Under the pieces are notes generated by a model. The model saw only the letters and a program-made list of their open reading frames with translations, ran no database searches and was not told where the DNA came from. This document shows positions 18,512 through 29,037 of a stretch of DNA of 64,000 nucleotides, in pieces; position 1 is the stretch's first letter, and the number at the start of each line of letters is the position of its first letter. The translations under genes and the position numbers were made by a program. Source of the DNA: a bacterium (GTDB taxonomy: Bacteria; Patescibacteriota; Minisyncoccia; Phycocordibacterales; Zambryskibacteraceae); assembly GCA_030649135.1 (NCBI GenBank), contig JAUSGI010000006.1, positions 43,534 to 107,533 of the forward strand, read 5' to 3'.

Positions 18512-19720
18512 CTAATACCCCCTTAGCCTGTTTATTTTTTCGTGCTGGCGGATTTTTTCGTGGGCTTTGGCTTCTATTTGGCGAATACGTTCACGAGTGA
18601 CGCCGAAAACTTTTCCCACTTCTTCGAGCGTGTGAGTATAACCGTCGACCAGCCCATGACGCATCTCCAAAATTTTCCTTTCCTTAGGAGGTAAGTCACC
18701 CAAGATTTCTTTCACCTGGTCAGAAACAATACGCCGTGAGGAGTCCTGGTCCGGGGACAGAATCTTGTCATCGGCCAAGAAATCCCCAAGCTTGCTCTTA
18801 TCGTCTTCGCCGTCATTGCCCACCGGACTCTCAAGTGATACCGTGGACTGGTCAATTTTTTCGATCTGATAAATTTTCTCAACATCCAAATTCATCTCCA
18901 GAGCAATTTCTTCCTGTAGCGGGTCTCGGCCGAGGTCCTGCGTCAGGCGCCTAACTACTTGTTTATATTTGGCGATAGTCTCCACCATGTGCACCGGTAC
19001 GCGGATAGTGCGAGACTGGTCTGCCAGAGCACGAGTGATGGCCTGTCTAATCCACCATGTCGCATAGGTTGAAAATTTAAATCCTTTGGTCCAGTCAAAC
19101 TTCTCTACCGCCTTATGCAACCCCAAATTTCCTTCCTGAATAAGGTCAAGCAGAGTAAGATCGGGACTACGATTGGCGTATTTTTTGGCAATTGAGACCA
19201 CCAGACGGAGATTGGCTTTCATTAAGAGGTTCTTGGCGTCCTCGTCTCCGCCTTCGATTCTTTTGGCCAGCTCTTTTTCCATCGCACCGGCAATGAGAGG
19301 ATACTGGCCGATTTCCCTAAGATACATTTGAATGGAATCGTAGGATGAGTCACCTCTTGAGTAGGCGTAGTGCTTACCGGTTTCTGCTTCCGGCATTTCC
19401 AACAACCCTCCCCCTTCAAGAATATCGACACCCATGACATGCAACTTTTCATACAACTCATCCAGAAACACAATATTGGTCTCAATATTCGGAAACTCTT
19501 TCAAAATTTCATCGTAGGTGACAAAACCACGGTCTTTGCCGCGCGAGATAAGACGTCCCATCTTGGAGGCCTCCTCCATGTTCTTTTTAGATATGGGCCT
19601 GGCTTTCGCTTTGCGCTTCTTTTTCGTCTTATGAGTCTTGGAGGCAACAGACCTTTTGTTGGGCTGTTTTTTACTCACCTTTTTGGATTTCTTAATTTTA
19701 TGTTTTTTATTTTTTTTCAT
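18512..19720 (-). CDS. rpoD: RNA polymerase sigma-70 factor RpoD
   Basis: Region 2 DLIQEGNLGLHKAVEKFD and YATWWIRQAITRA, plus region 4 HTH. Lysine-rich basic N-terminal tail of about 45 aa. Confidence 0.9.
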   Translation of the reverse strand: MKKNKKHKIKKSKKVSKKQPNKRSVASKTHKTKKKRKAKARPISKKNMEEASKMGRLISRGKDRGFVTYDEILKEFPNIETNIVFLDELYEKLHVMGVDILEGGGLLEMPEAETGKHYAYSRGDSSYDSIQMYLREIGQYPLIAGAMEKELAKRIEGGDEDAKNLLMKANLRLVVSIAKKYANRSPDLTLLDLIQEGNLGLHKAVEKFDWTKGFKFSTYATWWIRQAITRALADQSRTIRVPVHMVETIAKYKQVVRRLTQDLGRDPLQEEIALEMNLDVEKIYQIEKIDQSTVSLESPVGNDGEDDKSKLGDFLADDKILSPDQDSSRRIVSDQVKEILGDLPPKERKILEMRHGLVDGYTHTLEEVGKVFGVTRERIRQIEAKAHEKIRQHEKINRLRGY

Positions 19721-19781
19721 GGTTCGACTTTACTCACCATGACCCTGAGCTGTGTCGAAGGGTCATCAAATATGCCTTATC

Positions 19782-21398
19782 TTACAACATTTTCTTCTTT
19801 TCCTCGAGAGCCCTCATTTGACCGTGAACTTTTTGAATCCTCACGGTTAAGCTCGCAATCAATTTGCCGTCTTTGGACACCTCTGCCTGCGTAAGCTCGG
19901 AGAGCAGATGACTTAGATTATCGCGCAACACAATACCAGAGAGATTGTCCGAGAGTTCCGCCTCTTCTTTCTTAAGTACGACAAGCTCTGGAGCAGACTC
20001 CGGTAACTCTTTCTGCCAAAGTCTCATTTCAGCCAGGCGCTCTTCGATTTGCTCTCGATACGATGGCGGAAGTATTTTCTCGGCCTCGTCACCGAGAGCC
20101 AGCTTGGAGTCGGGCATCGGAGCGACATCAGCCCGTTTGGCTTTCTTCAAATCTTCCCAGAGTATTTCTTCCTTAATGCCTGTGCGCTTGGCAAGCATAG
20201 AAATAAAATAAGACTGTTCAATGGCACTTCCGATAATTTTTACCAGAGGCAAAATTCTTTTTTCGACCAATTTGCCGAGCTTTCTCGGGTTCTTTTCTTT
20301 CTCTTCAACTTTGTTGAAGAAGAACTCCACTGCCGGCAAAGATTGCCTAAGAATATCTCTCCATACAAGAGGGTCCTCTTGTGCTATTTCCGCCGGGTCA
20401 CGGCCCGATGGCACATTTGCCACTTTTACTTCAAGACCCAAGGCTATTCCAAGTATGCTTGCCTTCTCCGCCGCTTTTTCTCCCGCAGAATCACCATCAA
20501 AAGCAAGGATTATCCGAGCGGAAAGACGTTTGAGACGCTCCAGATGTGTGCGGGTAAAGGCAGTCCCGGAGGAGGCGACGGTGTTATCCACTCCGGCCTG
20601 ATGAGAAAGGACCAAATCCATCTGTCCTTCCACAAGCACCGTATAATCCTTCTTGCGTATATGGTCCTTGGCCTTATCCAAACCGTAGAGCACTTCGCTT
20701 TTGGTGAAGAGAATCGTATCAGGACTGTTGAGATATTTTGGTTCTGTCTCTTTCGCGAGAGCCCGACCGGAGAAAGCGATAATCCATCCGTTCGAATCGG
20801 CCATGGGGAAAATGATGCGGTCGCGGAAAACATCATAGGGTTCTTTAGTGGCATTGGCGTCGCTGGTCTTCGCCAGACCAGCCCTGGAGATAATTTGTCT
20901 GTCATGTCCAAGAGCCTCCAGATGGTTAAAAAGCACGCGCCATTCGGCTGGTGCATAACCGATACGCCATTTCTTGACGGTCTCATCGTTTATCCCTCTG
21001 GAAGCCAAGTAACTTTTAGCCGGTTCATTCCCGGCTAACTCCTTTTCAAAGAACTGTGTGGCATCTTCCAAAACTCCAAGAATTTTATCCTTCTCTGTTT
21101 TTGACTCACCACCACGATATTCAATCTCCACACCGGCTTTCTCCGCCAAGAGCTTCAAAGCTCCCCGAAAATCTAAACCCTCTACTGTCTCTACGAAAGT
21201 AAAGATGTCTCCCTTGGCCCCGCAACCAAAACAGTAGAAACTCTGGCGCACGGGTGACACGAAGAAAGACGGGGTCTTCTCGGTATGAAACGGGCAACGT
21301 GCTTTGAGACTAGTCCCCGCTTTCTCGAGTTTGACATATCCGGAGATAACTTCGGCTATGTCTAACCTTTCTTTGATTGTGTCAACATCGCCTCGCAT
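19782..21398 (-). CDS. dnaG: DNA primase DnaG
   Basis: CHC2 zinc finger CPFHTEKTPSF...CFGCGAKGD, then a TOPRIM region (EGQMDLV...DGDSAGEKA). Confidence 0.9.
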   Translation of the reverse strand: MRGDVDTIKERLDIAEVISGYVKLEKAGTSLKARCPFHTEKTPSFFVSPVRQSFYCFGCGAKGDIFTFVETVEGLDFRGALKLLAEKAGVEIEYRGGESKTEKDKILGVLEDATQFFEKELAGNEPAKSYLASRGINDETVKKWRIGYAPAEWRVLFNHLEALGHDRQIISRAGLAKTSDANATKEPYDVFRDRIIFPMADSNGWIIAFSGRALAKETEPKYLNSPDTILFTKSEVLYGLDKAKDHIRKKDYTVLVEGQMDLVLSHQAGVDNTVASSGTAFTRTHLERLKRLSARIILAFDGDSAGEKAAEKASILGIALGLEVKVANVPSGRDPAEIAQEDPLVWRDILRQSLPAVEFFFNKVEEKEKNPRKLGKLVEKRILPLVKIIGSAIEQSYFISMLAKRTGIKEEILWEDLKKAKRADVAPMPDSKLALGDEAEKILPPSYREQIEERLAEMRLWQKELPESAPELVVLKKEEAELSDNLSGIVLRDNLSHLLSELTQAEVSKDGKLIASLTVRIQKVHGQMRALEEKKKML

Positions 21399-24300
21399 AT
21401 CAATTTTTCTTTGAAGCCTCCTTTGAAGCTGGTACCGGCCGGGATAAGACGACCGATGATGACGTTTTCTTTTAATCCCACCAGATTATCTTTGGCGCCC
21501 CGAATAGCTGCCTGAATCAACACGCGAGGCGTATGCTGGAACGAAGCGGCGGAGAGGAAGCTCGAACGCGAGAGCGAAACCTCCGTAATACCCATGACAA
21601 CCGCATCGGCGACTGCCTCCTCTAAACCTCGCTCCTTCATGCGGTTATTGATTTCCGTTAGTTCGGAAACTTCCACAATATCTCCACGAGTCAAGTGGGT
21701 GTCTCCGGCATCTTTAATCTTACGACGGGCAAACATTTGGCGTACGATTAGTTCGATATGTTTGTGAGATACGGCGGCGCCTTGAAGCTCATAGAGTTTA
21801 GAGACTTCGTGAATAACGTAGTTTTCGGTTTTTTCTCGGCCGGCATAACGGAAGAGTTCATCGAGGTCCACCGAACCGTCCGTTATCACATCACCCTTTT
21901 TGACATTCTGCCCAACCTTCACCAGAAGCGTCCTGGAAGCTTGGACTGTGTACTCGTTGTCGAGTTTTTTCGTTTTCGTTTCGCCCGCATCAGGTGTGAC
22001 CACTATGAGCTTATCGTAACCAAGCACTTTCACTTCTGTCACCATCCCGTCAAGATGACTGATGACCGCGGGGCTTTTGGGTTTGCGTTTCTCGAATATT
22101 TCCTCAACACGTGGCAGACCGGCAGTAATGTCACCGCCAGCCGAAGCAATACCACCCGCGTGGAAGGTGCGCATGGTCAGCTGTGTTCCAGGCTCGCCGA
22201 TAGCTTGAGCAGCCACCGTACCGACCGCTTCTCCCAATTCGACCGGCTTGTTGTTACCAAGGTCAACACCATAGCACTTGATGCAGACACCATGTATAGA
22301 TTTGCAAGCCAGAGGCGAACGAACGTTTATAGACTCAATCGAAGTTTTGTCTACCGTTTCAGCGTCACTTTTGGTGATGAGATGCCCTCGTTTGAACAAG
22401 AGTACGCCCGCGCCATCGGATAGGTCACTAGCCAGAAATCTGCCTTTAATCTTTTTGGAGAGCGGAATCTCAATACCAGAGGCGGTTTTCTTATGGATAA
22501 ACGTGCCGTCCTTGGTACCACAATCTTCTTCGGTCACAATCTCGTCTTGTGCGACGTCAAAGAGGCGACGAGTCAGATAACCGGCCTTGGCGGTATTGAG
22601 AGCCGTATCGGTTAAACCCTTGCGACTGCCGTGAGTGGTGATGAAATATTCAAGGGGGGTGAGTCCTTCTTTGTAACATGACAAAATTGGAAACTCGAGA
22701 GATTCGCCTGAAATAGATGCGATGATACCCTTCATACCGGCCATTTGGTTAAGGTTACCGAGGGAACCTCTGGCCTCCGAATAGGTCATATCGTAAACGG
22801 AATCATTGATGCCTAAAGTACCCGGGATGAGCTTCTCAACCTCGGCTTTAATACCCTGCCATATTTCGACCGATTTAGTAATACGTTCATGTTCGGAGAG
22901 AAGACCTTCTCTGTATTGACCGACCACCTCACTCACGGCTGCGCGACCTTTATCAATAATAACTTTCTTGCCTGGAGGAATCTTGACATCTCCAAGCCCC
23001 CAAGTTACTCCGGAAATAGTGGCGTAGCGGAAGCCGAAATCTTTAATCTTGTCCATGATCGGGGGCAAGTTATCAATGCCGTAGCGTTCAATCAAATCGT
23101 CGACCAATTCCGACATCTTCTTGCGGCTCATTTCGTGATTTAGGAACGGATAGTCCTTGGGCAAGATACCGTTAAACAGAAGCCGTCCGACGGACGTTTC
23201 GAAGACTTTTCCTTCAAACTGTTTATATCTCTCCGTATTGGTCGGGAGAATAGAAATTTTAGCGCGTAGACTGACTGCCCCAAACTCATAAGCGGTCACG
23301 GCACTATTCGGACTGGAGTAATATCTGCCCTCTCCTTTCTCACCGACAAGTGTTCGGGTTACCCAGTAAGTACCGAGCACGATATCAAGGAGTTTTGCCG
23401 AAACTACCGGTTCACCGTTACCGGGCTTTAGAATATTTTTGTCTGCGGCCATAATCAGGCGAGCTTCAGCCTGAGCTTCTTCGGAGAGAGGCACATGGAC
23501 AGCCATCTGGTCACCATCAAAATCGGCGTTGAAAGCGGTGCAGACCAGCGGGTGAAGTTGGATAGCATTGCCCTCAATCAGTATTGGCTGGAAGGCTTGG
23601 ATACCCAAACGGTGTAACGTTGGAGCGCGGTTCAAGAGCACATACTTGCCACGAATAACTTCTTCAAGGATAGCCCAAACTTCCGGAATAGCATCTTCGA
23701 TAAGACGGCGAGCGCCGGGAATATTGAAGGAAAGTTCGCGTTTCAATAGTTCAGAAATAATGAATGGCTTGAAAAGTTCCAGAGCCATATGTTTCGGCAA
23801 ACCGCATTGATGAAGCTTCAATTCCGGACCAACCACAATTACCGAGCGACCGGAATAGTCCACGCGTTTCCCCAACAGATTTTGTCTGAAAAGACCCCTT
23901 TTGCCCTTGAGATTGTCGGAGAGTGATTTGAGCGGCCGGCGCTGAGATTGGTTGCCGGAGACACTCGAATGCCTGATGGTGTTGTCGATGAGGGCATCGA
24001 CCGCTTCTTGGAGAATTCTTTTCTCGTTACGTAAAATGACGTCTGGAGCGTTAATCTCTTTAAGTTTCTTGAGACGATTATTGCGATTAATAACGCGACG
24101 ATAGAGGTCATTAACATCAGAGGTGGCGTAGCGTCCGCCATCCAGAGGCACCATCGGTCTAATAGCCGGCGGAATAACCGGAATGCGTACCAGAAACATC
24201 CATTCCGGCCTATTACCGGAATTAATCATCCACTGGACAGTCGAGATACGTTTGTTCAGGCGGACAATCTCCGTCGAAGGCGCGTGCTCAAGTTCTATCG

Positions 24301-25018
24301 CAAGCTCCTTCAAAAGTTTCCCGAGGTCAAGACCTTTTAAAATATCGTAAATTGCTTCTGCCCCAATACCCGCCTCAAAAATAGTCGGATATTTAATGGA
24401 CGAGCGGTGATACTCGATTTCATTGAGCACTTGCCCGGGTACCAGAGACTCAATATCACGCCGGGTGCTAAGCGCCAGTTCCTTGAGCGCGAGTTTGCTT
24501 TTATCATCCTTTAGGGACTTGGTTTTAGCTTTAAATTCCGATTCTAAATCCTTGAGCACACGAGCCTTTTCCGATTCCGAAACACTAGTGACAATATAGC
24601 CGGCAAAGTAAATAACCTTTTCAAGTTCCGAGACAGGAATACCCATTACCAAAGAAATTCGCGATGGCACGTTTTTTAAAAACCAGATATGGGCTACCGG
24701 GGTGGCAAGCTCTATATGACCCATGCGATCGCGCCGCACAATAGAACGCGTGATTTCCACGCCGCACTTCTCGCAAACAATACCTTTGTATCGAATACCG
24801 CGGTATTTGCCGCAATAACACTCGAAATCCTTATCGGGCCCAAAAATCTTTTCGTCGAAGAGGCCGTTTCTCTCGCTCCTTTGCGTGCGGTAGTTAATAG
24901 TTTCCGGTTTGGTAACTTCGCCATGCGACCACTCCTTGATGCATTCCGGAGATGCCAGCCTAATGCTTATCGCATTAAATTGTTCCGCGTCGTTCACTTT
25001 TATTTTATAATTATGCAT
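21362..25018 (-). CDS. rpoC: DNA-directed RNA polymerase beta' subunit
   Basis: 1218 aa; catalytic NADFDGDQMAVHVP motif; zinc-binding Cys clusters at the N-terminus. Confidence 0.95.
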   Translation of the reverse strand: MHNYKIKVNDAEQFNAISIRLASPECIKEWSHGEVTKPETINYRTQRSERNGLFDEKIFGPDKDFECYCGKYRGIRYKGIVCEKCGVEITRSIVRRDRMGHIELATPVAHIWFLKNVPSRISLVMGIPVSELEKVIYFAGYIVTSVSESEKARVLKDLESEFKAKTKSLKDDKSKLALKELALSTRRDIESLVPGQVLNEIEYHRSSIKYPTIFEAGIGAEAIYDILKGLDLGKLLKELAIELEHAPSTEIVRLNKRISTVQWMINSGNRPEWMFLVRIPVIPPAIRPMVPLDGGRYATSDVNDLYRRVINRNNRLKKLKEINAPDVILRNEKRILQEAVDALIDNTIRHSSVSGNQSQRRPLKSLSDNLKGKRGLFRQNLLGKRVDYSGRSVIVVGPELKLHQCGLPKHMALELFKPFIISELLKRELSFNIPGARRLIEDAIPEVWAILEEVIRGKYVLLNRAPTLHRLGIQAFQPILIEGNAIQLHPLVCTAFNADFDGDQMAVHVPLSEEAQAEARLIMAADKNILKPGNGEPVVSAKLLDIVLGTYWVTRTLVGEKGEGRYYSSPNSAVTAYEFGAVSLRAKISILPTNTERYKQFEGKVFETSVGRLLFNGILPKDYPFLNHEMSRKKMSELVDDLIERYGIDNLPPIMDKIKDFGFRYATISGVTWGLGDVKIPPGKKVIIDKGRAAVSEVVGQYREGLLSEHERITKSVEIWQGIKAEVEKLIPGTLGINDSVYDMTYSEARGSLGNLNQMAGMKGIIASISGESLEFPILSCYKEGLTPLEYFITTHGSRKGLTDTALNTAKAGYLTRRLFDVAQDEIVTEEDCGTKDGTFIHKKTASGIEIPLSKKIKGRFLASDLSDGAGVLLFKRGHLITKSDAETVDKTSIESINVRSPLACKSIHGVCIKCYGVDLGNNKPVELGEAVGTVAAQAIGEPGTQLTMRTFHAGGIASAGGDITAGLPRVEEIFEKRKPKSPAVISHLDGMVTEVKVLGYDKLIVVTPDAGETKTKKLDNEYTVQASRTLLVKVGQNVKKGDVITDGSVDLDELFRYAGREKTENYVIHEVSKLYELQGAAVSHKHIELIVRQMFARRKIKDAGDTHLTRGDIVEVSELTEINNRMKERGLEEAVADAVVMGITEVSLSRSSFLSAASFQHTPRVLIQAAIRGAKDNLVGLKENVIIGRLIPAGTSFKGGFKEKLICEAMLTQSKKG

Positions 25019-28000
25019 TATTTTGAGGATTATCCGGTTTCTTCTTTAACTCCACATCAAGTGCCAGGCCGCGAAGGTTATTTAAAAGCACATTAAACGA
25101 GGCCGGCAGATGCGGTTCCGGAATCTGCTCTCCCTTAACTATTGCGTCAAAAGCCGCGCTGCGACCTAAAATGTCGTCAGACTTGATAGTCAGCATCTCG
25201 CGGAGAGTATAGCTTGCTCCGTGGCCGAGAAGCGCCCAGACTTCCATCTCCCCGAAACGCTGGCCACCATTCTGCGCTTTACCTCCCAGAGGCTGTTGAG
25301 TGATGAGGGAATACGGACCGATGGAACGCATATGTATTTTGTCTTCGACCATGTGGTGAAGTTTAAGAATATACATGTAGCCGATAGCAATCTCTTGATT
25401 GAACGACTCGCCGGTGCGACCGTCGAAAAGTTTAACTTTGCCGGATTCTTTAAAGTTTGCCTTAACGAGTTCCTCCTTAATCTCATCCTCGGTCGCACCG
25501 GCGAAGGGCGGTACAATCGCTTGATAGTTAAGGGTATGCGCCGCAAGGCCAAGATGCATCTCCAAAATCTGCCCGAGATTCATACGGGAAGGCACTCCGA
25601 GAGGGGTCAGAATCACATCGATAGGAGTACCATCGGCCATATAAGGCATATCTTCAACCGGTAGAATTCTGGAGATAACACCTTTATTGCCGTGGCGACC
25701 AGCCAGTTTGTCGCCTACCGAGACGTTTCTCAATTGCGCCACTTGAATATGAATTTGTTTCAGAATCCCCGAATCGAGCTTGTCCCCTTTCTCGCGGGTA
25801 AAGACTTGTACCGATATCACCCGGCCCCGCTTGCCTCCTTCCATGCGCTTGGAAGTATCTTTGACATCGCGGGCTTTCTCACCGAAAAGAGAACGGAGCA
25901 GACGTTCTTCCGGAGTCAGTTGGGACTCGCCCTTGGGAGTAATTTTACCTACCAAAATATCGCCGGAACGAACTTCGGCTCCAACTCTGATGATGCCATC
26001 TTCGGCCAAGTTTTTGAGCTTGGATTCTCCAACATTCGGGATATCGCAAGTGGTCATCTCCGGCCCCAATTTAGTATCTCTGACATTTACAGTAAACTCC
26101 TCGATATGAATAGAGGTAAATTTGCTTTTCTCAACCAGGCGCTCGGATATAATGATGGCATCTTCGTAATTAGCTCCGGACCATGACATGAATGCCACCA
26201 AAACATTCTGCCCAATGGACATCTGCCCATTGGATGAAGAAGACGTGTCGGCCAAAACGGACCCTTTCTTCACCTTCTGCCCCAACTCGACTGAAGGTCT
26301 TTGGTGAAAAGTGGTAAAACCATTGGTCATGGAGAAATTTACCAAAGGAAACTTGTGGCTATTCCCCTTGTTGTCTTTTACCACCACCAACTTGCCATCC
26401 ACATAAGACACTACGCCATCTACGTTTGAGAAAACAATACGGCCGGTATCACGAATCGCTATTTCCTCGATACCGGTGGCCACCAATGGCACCTCCGGGA
26501 CAATGCAGGGTGTTGCCTGCTTCTGCATATTTGAACCCATGAGCGCGCGATTGGCATCATCGTGATTGAGAAACGGAATCATCGAGGTTGCAATCGAGAA
26601 GGCCTGGTTGGTCGCCACGTCCATAAAGTCAACATCATCGCGAGAACGGGTCTGAGGAGTGCCTTTGACGCGCACTTCCACCATATCGCTCACTATTTTA
26701 TCCGCCTCGATGGGCGTAGCTGCATGGGCAATAATCGAGTTTTCTTCCTCTAGGGCATTGAGATATTTAATTTCTCCGGTAATCTTGCCCGCCGAGACTA
26801 CTGCATAGGGAGTCTCAATCATACCGAACTCGTTGATGCGGGCGTAAGCGGCTAAACGCAGGATGAGACCAATGTTTGGACCCTCCGGAGTCTGAATGGG
26901 GCAAAGGCGACCATAGTGCGACGGATGAACATCTCGTACTTCGTAACCGGCGCGAGCACGATTGAGACCACCCGGACCAAGAGCCGAAACGGTACGGAGA
27001 TGTTCGAGTTCTTCAAGTGCATTGGTCTGTTGCATGAACTGCGAAAGTTGGTTGGTGGTGAAAAACTCTTTCATCCTGGCCTGGAGTGGTTTGGGGGAGA
27101 TGAATTGCACGGGCAAGGTGACGTCGGTATCGATGGTAGACATCCGATTCTGAATATTGCGTTTAATCTGGGCCATACCGACACGAATCTTCTGTTGGAA
27201 AAGTTCTCCCACGAGACGCACTCTTCGGGAACCCAAGTGGTCGATGTCATCTTCCTTCACACCCGGGGTGACATTGAGATAAATAATATGCGAGATGATA
27301 GATACCATGTCAGAAAGGGAGAGCGTGCGGCGTTCAATCTCTTTGGCGGTTTCTTTGATACCGAAACGGTTATTGAATCGAAAACGACCAACGCGAGAAA
27401 GGTCATAACGCTCCTTGTCGAAGATGGAGCGGACGAACTCACGGGCATTTTCCGCTGCTGCCAAGTCACCATCGCGCAAACGTTTGTGGATTTCTATGGC
27501 GGCCTCGTCGATAGTGGTTGTGTGGTCCTTGGCCAAAGTCTTCTCAAGATGATGCTTGGCGCCGGCCACGCCTTCAAAGAGAGCTGCAATCTTGTCGTTT
27601 GAGGTCACACCGAAAGCGCGTAGAAGAATAGTAATGGGAAATTTTCTCTTGCGGTCAATACGAACATAGATGGTGCCGTCCAAGTCGGTTTCCAGCTCAA
27701 TCCAAGCGCCGCGACTTGGGATAATTTTGGCACCGAAAGTTTTTTTACCTTTCAACTCTTGAGCTGTAAAAGAAACTCCGGTTGAACGAGCAAGCTGTGG
27801 CACCACTACACGTTCAATACCGGAGATGATGAAGGTGCCGTGCGTTGTCATGAGCGGAAAATCCGCCATGAAAATTTCTTGCTCCTTCTCGGTACCCATA
27901 ATCAGATTCTTGAGCCGTACTCGCACTTTCAAAGGTGCCTCGTAAGAGAGCTTTCTATCCTTGGCTATGTACTCGTCAAATTTCGGCTCTGCCAATTCAA

Positions 28001-28229
28001 AACTAACAAAGTCCAGCTGAAATTTTTTCTCGGAAAAATCTTTAATGGATGAGAATTCTTCGAAAACTTCTTTGAGACCTTTTTCAATCAACCACTTGAA
28101 TGACTCCACCTGCGAGACTACCAGATTCGGTGTCTCGGCTAAGGGTTTCCTAAATCGACCGAAATATTTTTTCGGTCGTACGGTTGGATTGATTAAGTTG
28201 GCAGATTTTCCCGATGGGGGTGTATCCAT
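25011..28229 (-). CDS. rpoB: DNA-directed RNA polymerase beta subunit
   Basis: 1072 aa; conserved beta-subunit blocks (PKKYFGRFRKP N-terminus, GEMEVWALLGHGA, GGQRFGEME). Overlaps rpoC by 8 nt. Confidence 0.95.
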   Translation of the reverse strand: MDTPPSGKSANLINPTVRPKKYFGRFRKPLAETPNLVVSQVESFKWLIEKGLKEVFEEFSSIKDFSEKKFQLDFVSFELAEPKFDEYIAKDRKLSYEAPLKVRVRLKNLIMGTEKEQEIFMADFPLMTTHGTFIISGIERVVVPQLARSTGVSFTAQELKGKKTFGAKIIPSRGAWIELETDLDGTIYVRIDRKRKFPITILLRAFGVTSNDKIAALFEGVAGAKHHLEKTLAKDHTTTIDEAAIEIHKRLRDGDLAAAENAREFVRSIFDKERYDLSRVGRFRFNNRFGIKETAKEIERRTLSLSDMVSIISHIIYLNVTPGVKEDDIDHLGSRRVRLVGELFQQKIRVGMAQIKRNIQNRMSTIDTDVTLPVQFISPKPLQARMKEFFTTNQLSQFMQQTNALEELEHLRTVSALGPGGLNRARAGYEVRDVHPSHYGRLCPIQTPEGPNIGLILRLAAYARINEFGMIETPYAVVSAGKITGEIKYLNALEEENSIIAHAATPIEADKIVSDMVEVRVKGTPQTRSRDDVDFMDVATNQAFSIATSMIPFLNHDDANRALMGSNMQKQATPCIVPEVPLVATGIEEIAIRDTGRIVFSNVDGVVSYVDGKLVVVKDNKGNSHKFPLVNFSMTNGFTTFHQRPSVELGQKVKKGSVLADTSSSSNGQMSIGQNVLVAFMSWSGANYEDAIIISERLVEKSKFTSIHIEEFTVNVRDTKLGPEMTTCDIPNVGESKLKNLAEDGIIRVGAEVRSGDILVGKITPKGESQLTPEERLLRSLFGEKARDVKDTSKRMEGGKRGRVISVQVFTREKGDKLDSGILKQIHIQVAQLRNVSVGDKLAGRHGNKGVISRILPVEDMPYMADGTPIDVILTPLGVPSRMNLGQILEMHLGLAAHTLNYQAIVPPFAGATEDEIKEELVKANFKESGKVKLFDGRTGESFNQEIAIGYMYILKLHHMVEDKIHMRSIGPYSLITQQPLGGKAQNGGQRFGEMEVWALLGHGASYTLREMLTIKSDDILGRSAAFDAIVKGEQIPEPHLPASFNVLLNNLRGLALDVELKKKPDNPQNNA

Positions 28230-28235
28230 AAAGTA

Positions 28236-28270
28236 AAAAAATTCAAAGCACGCCGTGACTATCCGTGCTT
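28236..28270 (-). terminator. hairpin plus U-tract between trmD and rpoB (terminator or attenuator)
   Basis: aagcacg / cgtgctt stem. On the minus strand it is followed by gaattttttt, which sits immediately 5' of the rpoB ATG at 28229. Confidence 0.45.
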
Positions 28271-28331
28271 ACCAAAAAATGATTAATCTATACTGAAACT
28301 CTTTCTACTGGCCGTAACTCAATCGTTCGGG

Positions 28332-29006
28332 CTATCTTACTCCAGTACCCTGTTTCCTGTCAAGCCCCCGTCTACCTTTTTTCCACACATCTATCTTGGC
28401 ACGGTGGCCGGAGAGAAGAACCTTGGGCACACGATATGATTTACCTTTGTATTTGAAAACTTCTGGACGTGTATAGACTTCGCTAGATGATATGCGCCTC
28501 TCCTCAACAGAATCAAAATTGCCCAAGACGCCTGAGACCTGGCGACTCATAACATCTACAATAACCATCGCCGGCAGTTCTCCTCCCGTCAGTATAAAAG
28601 GTCCAACTGATATTTCATCCATCTTGAAAATTTTCTTCACCCGAGCATCAATACCTTCATAGCGCCCACATACAATAATCACATTTTTATACTTCTTAGC
28701 TACTTTGGCTGCGTAAGTATTAGTAAATTGTGTGCCACTCGGGCTCAAAAATATTATTTTAGGCTTACCTCCAGCTTTGGCGACGGCTGAAGCAATAGCT
28801 TTCACCACCGGCTCTGCTTGGATAACCATTCCTGGGCCGCCGGCATATGGAGGCCTGTCTATTCTCTTGTTTTTATCCTTAACAAAATCCCGCGGGTTGT
28901 AAAAAAAAACTTTAATTTTTTTATCTTCTATGGCGCGCTTCAAAATCGACTCGCCTAAATACGAGTCAAATGCTTTAGGAAAAAGGGTGATGATGTGGAA
29001 ATGCAT
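28332..29006 (-). CDS. trmD: tRNA (guanine37-N1)-methyltransferase TrmD
   Basis: MHFHIITLFPKAFDSYL N-terminus; SPOUT-class TrmD motifs; 224 aa. Confidence 0.9.
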   Translation of the reverse strand: MHFHIITLFPKAFDSYLGESILKRAIEDKKIKVFFYNPRDFVKDKNKRIDRPPYAGGPGMVIQAEPVVKAIASAVAKAGGKPKIIFLSPSGTQFTNTYAAKVAKKYKNVIIVCGRYEGIDARVKKIFKMDEISVGPFILTGGELPAMVIVDVMSRQVSGVLGNFDSVEERRISSSEVYTRPEVFKYKGKSYRVPKVLLSGHRAKIDVWKKGRRGLDRKQGTGVR

Positions 29007-29037
29007 GAGTTAGGTTCTAGGGACTTGGGACTAGGTA
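29007..29037. repeat. left imperfect inverted repeat flanking the two-gene cassette
   Basis: gttaggttctagggacttgggactagg matches the reverse complement of 30340..30370 (gctaggttctagtggctagggactag) at about 24/27 positions. Confidence 0.35.

Noticed and set aside
19945-28052. Numerous plus-strand ORFs up to 329 aa (for example 20049..21038, 21758..22423, 26916..27602) and nested minus-frame ORFs.
   Set aside because: All are antisense or out-of-frame within dnaG, rpoC and rpoB, whose conserved motifs make the minus-strand frames unambiguous. No RBS or conserved motif supports the overlapping ORFs.
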